Source of the DNA: Nemertoderma westbladi
Lineage: Eukaryota; Animalia; Xenacoelomorpha
Assembly (NCBI GenBank): GCA_032718475.1
Contig: JAUCBJ010000950.1
Span: 1 to 56,201 of the forward strand
Direction: 5' to 3'
Length of the DNA: 56,201 bases
Under the pieces are notes generated by a model that was given only the letters and a program-made list of their open reading frames with translations, had not been told where the DNA came from and did not search any database. Of the stretch, positions 51,046 through 56,201 are shown in pieces. Numbering within the stretch: the first letter of the stretch is position 1; the number at the start of each line of letters is the position of its first letter. The translations under genes were made by a program, and so were the position numbers.

Positions 51046-52529
51046 GTAAAAGCCTTTGCTGAATTGCCCCGTTATTTTTATTATCTTTTACATTAAAATA
51101 CTCTGTAGTTGATTTAATAAGTGTAAGAGACCGTATTATTACTGTATCGGTGTTTTTAGAGGATCTAAGACTTATTTCCTTCGTATGTGTATTGTGAAAG
51201 GTATATTTTTATGATTCTATGGCAATTCGTGACGCAAAGGAGTGATAGCTACTCTTGAACAGTAGTTACTATGACTACGGTTAACAGCTGACATTCATAC
51301 GTGTTGATTTCCTTTGTTCTACGGCGTCTCTCAGCTCAGTCAGCCAATGAGAGCGTTTTTGTGGCTCCTTGTACAGAGAATTTCCGAGAAATGACGCAAT
51401 GCCTATGTGCAGTGCTTACATTCAGTCTTGAGCCAAAGAAAGAACGGCTTAGAAATATTTTGTGCTGTACTGCTTTTTAGTCGTACACTGGTAGGTTTAA
51501 TTATAAAGGGCATATATCCTTTAACAAACGGACTGACGGAACTGCATGCCTATGTGCACTGACATACCGGTGCTGATTTGTTGTTTTATACTGCTATTTG
51601 CTGTCAGTTCTTCATAATATGGTTGATGAATTATTATATTTGGAATAACGATAAACAACCCCGAAACCCAATGTTCTTGATATACCGAAGGTAAGAGAGA
51701 AGGGTTACAGATAAACGATTGTGACTTATGTTAAAGTGGTTTGAAGTGAATCTAATGTTATTTGATAGACCCTACATGAGTCAGCCTGTGTTCCTTTTAT
51801 ATGTGACTAAAATCAGTGAAGATTGGCAGATTAGTGTGCAGTATTGTGCAGCATAGTGTATGAGTGAGTCTGTTAAAGAAGCAATTCCTAAAGAATGCGC
51901 CATATATGTGGATTATAATTAAGCCATATCGTTGCGAGTAGTTTAAGTCATAACTCTGTTTATGTAGATAAAGCGCCACGTCCTAAAGGAACTGTTAATA
52001 TTACCGAAGGTGAATAATATTGTCAGAGATTATATAATACTGTCAGTCGAATAATACATTAGGCTTACATAGCAATAAAAATTAAACCGTCGAACCCAAT
52101 CTCCCGGGAATATCCAGCGGGTGAATGGTCGCGCACGGATTGGTTTCGACTAGTGTAGTGAATCAAATACTTGTCATAGACTAAAAAGCGATTTATTATC
52201 TAGAAGACATTCTAATTTGGCGGGTTAAACTGCCAAAGGTCTGAAAGCGCGAACATTAAAGGATATAGCTTCTTATTGCAGTAAGCAATAAAGTCGAAAG
52301 TATCGGTCGACCGGTAACCAGTAGGCCTGACTGCCTGATCATCCGGACCGGTACCTACAGCAGTATTATTCGATTTTGATAATTATATACCGGTAGGCCT
52401 TAATAATTAATCAGGGAGGGCCCGCCCTGGTTTTTTATTGAGATTTTACTTATTTCTGTCAAGTTTTATTTATTTGTAGGCCAGTATTGAACAGAAGGCG
52501 TGTAAACCTGATCAGATTGTACAGACAAT

Positions 52530-53100
52530 TTGTAGGCTGAGCTGTTGTCTGATTGCTGTTAAGTCTGAACGGATTGCAGTGTGTGTAGAGCAACTGTCCG
52601 ATTAAGTACGGTTAGGAAGTTTGGGCAGCCAATGCAGTAAGGTAAACCCCAATTAAAGAATAAGTCGTACTACTGGGTTAGAACGCATACTCTCTAATCA
52701 TTTCGGAGTCTGCATGTACTGTGGTTTACTTAGGCTTGAGAGTAGTCTGCCATCGTTTGGTCTGTACTTTGTTTGTGTAAGTCTGTACAGGTAGCGTATA
52801 ATTTTATTTAGATAACTTGTAGGCTGGATAGTTGTCTGGCTGTTATTAAGTCTGAACGGATTGTAGTGTGTGTAGAGCATCTGTCCGATTAAGTAAGGTT
52901 AGGAAGTTGAGGCAGCCAATGCAGTAAGGTAAACCCTCAATTAAAGAATAAGGCGTACTACTGGGTTAGAACGCATACTCCCTAATCGTTTCGGAGTCTG
53001 CATATACCGTGGTTTGTTTAGGCTTGATAGTAGTCTGTCAGTATTTAGTCTGCATTTTGTTTAAGTGGTTTGTACGCGTTGCGTAATATTTATTATTCAG
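52530..53100. repeat. ~287-bp diverged tandem duplication
   Basis: aagtctgaacggattg.agtgtgtgtagagca.ctgtccgattaagta at 52561 and 52848; similarity continues through tactactgggttagaacgcatactc. Confidence 0.9.
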
Positions 53101-54029
53101 AGTTTATGCGATTATTCGCAACATTCATGTCCCCAAGTTTGTTCCTACAGTAATTGTGTTTGTTATACATACCGTTATAGTTAAATTAACCCCGGTACTA
53201 TACGGGCTGCTAGGCGTAGGTAAAGACTGGTGATTTTGTGCATCGGTCACTCCAGCAGATGCCGTGGTTCTTTTAGCTGTTCAAGTATATTTAACTACTG
53301 ATTATTTGTTGTACAAGTACTCGTACCTAATTTAGGGTTTAGTGTACAGTGCTTTCCCGAAGTAATTAGTGTAGACATTATATCTGTGTTGTAAAGTGGT
53401 TGATAGGCACATTCGATTAGCTCTATTAACTTCTAGGTAGGAACACTCCGTGATACATAACGTAGAACCTATAGCGATACGGCTATAGGTCGTCAGGCGG
53501 TGGTATTTTCCTATCTAGACAACGCAGTGTATTTACTACTACTTATTATTTCAAATACCGTAATACCCCGTCCGCTGTAATAATCAGTTTTCTAACCCTT
53601 TGTTAGGCTGGTTTGTAGACTTCTTGTAAAATTACCCTAAAATTTCGTATTTGCGTTTTTGTAAATTTTTGCATTTATTTAGAGATTGTAATCTCACCCG
53701 AATCGTACGTAATTTGTAGTATTAAGTAACTTAGGTAAATTAGAATTATTTGTTTTAGTGTCCTATACGTAACACTTCACTGAAAGCGCACCGCTTTGTG
53801 TAGTGATTACCCCCAGAAATAATAACATTTATTTCAAACATTGACAAAACCCATTAAAACGGGTATATATAAATTATAAATCAAATCTAACGATTTATAA
53901 ATAGTAGGCCTACCATATAACAATTAGGTCTCAATATCAGTTGGATTACTGCTCAAATAACGGTAATAAAGTAAGTAAAGTAACAAAGTAACCCTAAAGT
54001 AACAGAAATTCAATTATTTGAAATAATTG

Positions 54030-54280
54030 ATATACCGGTATTTACGATAGGCCTATTATCTTTATTTCTATAAATCTAGGCTGAAATTATACCGGTACTT
54101 GTAATTAATTCTATTTCAGAATTATATATCCTACAAACTGTAAGCTGTATACCGGTATTCCGATAGGCCTATTATATATTTATATATTTGTGCTAAAATT
54201 ATACCGGTATTCTGTGATAAACCTAGTCTGTAATAATACTTATATAGTTATATATACTATAAGTATACCGGTATTCTAAT
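54030..54280. repeat. Degenerate ~58/117-bp repeat with tataccggta cores
   Basis: Five tataccggta palindromic cores; gataggcctattat recurs about 117 bp apart. Confidence 0.65.
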
Positions 54281-54411
54281 ATATTATATATATATCACGC
54301 TACACTGAGTAGCAGTAACGGTAATTAATTACTAGGCTAGCAGTTCATACTGAGTTACTAGACTTGCTTAGACTGTAATACAGCAGTAGACATTCAACGG
54401 TATACATAGTC

Positions 54412-56201
54412 ATGTCTGATACTAAGCAGAACCTGTCAGACAGTTTATTAGATGTAACTATCTGCGACTCAGATAGAGACGTACAAACGTCTGGTCGTAA
54501 ATCCAGTTCACCTCCCACTGTGAGGAAGGTCATCCCTCCAGTAGTAATAACAGAACCTAGGCTGGTCCAACATCGTAGGTCTATCATAGGCACTCGAGCT
54601 CAGGTCAAGCGGGACCAAAAGGCAGCGGAACAGCAACAACCCGCTAGTCAAGAACTTATTCCTCAGCGGCCCAGCAGCTCCAGTAGTGAGGATACTGTAG
54701 AGCTGACACCAGAGAGCGGAGCAGAGATGACGGATGCGGTTTATACGGATCCCCTTCTCATCCTTCCTGCAGCCGTGCTCGCTGGGTTATTGATCGCGGT
54801 GGAAGAACACCAGATCGATTGGGCGAGAAGTCAACGGTCAACTAGAGATAGCTACGCGGGCTACACTAGTGAAGAACTGAAGTCTATTGTCGAGTCGCAA
54901 TGGAACTTCCCCGGACCCGGACTCCCGTTTGATTTATCAGAAGCTGCCTGGGAAGACATACACCGGATGGGAGTAGCCAAGGAAACCATCGATCCAGCTG
55001 TGTGGAAGAGGTCCGCAGCCGGATACGCACAGGGATTCTTCAGCTCTATGGAGCGAATAGAAAAGCAACTTTTTCAACAACCTCAAGGACCTCAAGAGCA
55101 GGGATCGCTGCTTTATCAAGTTAGAGAAAGAGTTCTGCGGATTAGGCTAATCTTATCCGCCTTTGAGGAGGCTTCTAAAAGAAGGCAAGACACGTCGTTG
55201 CAAGTTGCCGTAAAGACTTGGTTTCAACGGGTGAGTTGCCAGGTTCAAGGAGCAGCTCAGTGGAAGGCTCAGTTGGAGGAGCGCTCAACCCATGGAGAAT
55301 CAACAGACGCTACTTTTTCCCAAGTGGAAAGTGAAGCGACGGCAGAGAAACCGCATAAGAAGGATGCCATTGATATCTATCTGTCAGACTATCAGCGTTT
55401 TGTGGGAGATGAAGAGTTGAGGAGAAGGCTAGAGGGACTTAGCCCTAATAGTGAAGGAGCCCAGCGTGTGTTAGATGCAATTGATGTGGATAGGTTAGCG
55501 GCGAACCAAGCTAAATTCGATGAACAACTCCGCATCGCTAGAGAAAAGGAAGAACAAGTAAAGAAAAAACGTATAGAAGACAGAAAGGCAGCGGCAGTAG
55601 CAGCAGCAGTGGCAGCTGCAGAAGCAGAAACAAAGGCGGCAGCGGCAGAGGCAGCGGCAGAGGCAAAAGCGGCAGCGGCAGAGGCAATGGCAGAGGCAAA
55701 AGCGGCAGCGGCAGAGGCAGCGGCAGAGGCAAAAGCGGCAGAAGCAGAAAGAAAGGCGGCAATGGCAGCGGCCGAAGCGGAAAGAAAGGCGGCAGAGGCA
55801 GTGGCAGAAGCAGAACGGAGGGCATCTGAAGAGGCAACCCAACTAGAGTTGGAAAATCTTCAAGAGAGGCAAGACAACTTCAATAAACAGTTAACAGCGA
55901 GCAATATGCAGATGATGAGTCGATCTACTCCCAAAAGACAAGGGTATACCTCATCTGAGGAAGGCGATACCACCGACACTGAAGGCGGAAGAAATCGATC
56001 TCGCCTAAGCAGACGTAAAAGAACATTCCACCGGCAGAAATTGCCTGATTTGCCTCCAGCTGTTAGAAGGCAACTAAATAACACCAACTTAGGTAGTACA
56101 GAGCCCACAGACCAAATAATTACAATAGAAAGACTCCCTACTATAGTAGATGAGCCTGAAATAATTAGGCCTGTTCTTGAAATCACCCCTTCGGTGATAG
56201 A
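54412..56201 (+). CDS. Long intronless ORF (at least 596 aa, open at the window end) with an Ala/Glu/Lys-rich helical segment; possibly retroelement gag/ORF1
   Basis: Translated by hand from ATG 54412 (MSDTKQNLSDSLLDVTIC...) with no stop to 56201. An AAAEAKAAAAEA repeat lies at ~55585-55830. The ORF track omits it, apparently because it has no stop codon in the window. Confidence 0.8.
   Translation, partial: MSDTKQNLSDSLLDVTICDSDRDVQTSGRKSSSPPTVRKVIPPVVITEPRLVQHRRSIIGTRAQVKRDQKAAEQQQPASQELIPQRPSSSSSEDTVELTPESGAEMTDAVYTDPLLILPAAVLAGLLIAVEEHQIDWARSQRSTRDSYAGYTSEELKSIVESQWNFPGPGLPFDLSEAAWEDIHRMGVAKETIDPAVWKRSAAGYAQGFFSSMERIEKQLFQQPQGPQEQGSLLYQVRERVLRIRLILSAFEEASKRRQDTSLQVAVKTWFQRVSCQVQGAAQWKAQLEERSTHGESTDATFSQVESEATAEKPHKKDAIDIYLSDYQRFVGDEELRRRLEGLSPNSEGAQRVLDAIDVDRLAANQAKFDEQLRIAREKEEQVKKKRIEDRKAAAVAAAVAAAEAETKAAAAEAAAEAKAAAAEAMAEAKAAAAEAAAEAKAAEAERKAAMAAAEAERKAAEAVAEAERRASEEATQLELENLQERQDNFNKQLTASNMQMMSRSTPKRQGYTSSEEGDTTDTEGGRNRSRLSRRKRTFHRQKLPDLPPAVRRQLNNTNLGSTEPTDQIITIERLPTIVDEPEIIRPVLEITPSVI

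Noticed and set aside
55495-56186. Minus-strand Cys/Arg- and Leu/Pro-rich ORFs
   Set aside because: Antisense shadows of the GCA/GAG repeat in the plus-strand ORF.

Overview
AT-rich eukaryotic (probably invertebrate animal) repeat DNA with no recognisable host gene. About 46 kb (2307-48765) is a tandem array of a ~416-bp unit (roughly 80-85 unit-equivalents) with 4-mer, 6-mer, ~3-kb and ~11.5-12.7-kb higher-order structure. Inserted in the array are: four copies of a 141-bp structured SINE-like insert with an 11-bp TSD; two non-autonomous CCC...GGG CACTA/EnSpm (CMC)-like DNA elements with 2-bp TSDs, one carrying a GC-rich CRE-clade retrotransposon 3' fragment; and a young, intact Ty3/Gypsy (Mag-like) LTR retrotransposon. 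The right end runs into a degenerate RTE-like LINE fragment, then a repeat-rich region ending in an open ORF of at least 596 codons that the ORF track missed. The most speculative lead is that each unit carries, on the minus strand, a splice donor, hairpins and an Sm-site motif arranged like a spliced-leader/Sm small RNA gene. All alignments and folds were done by eye.
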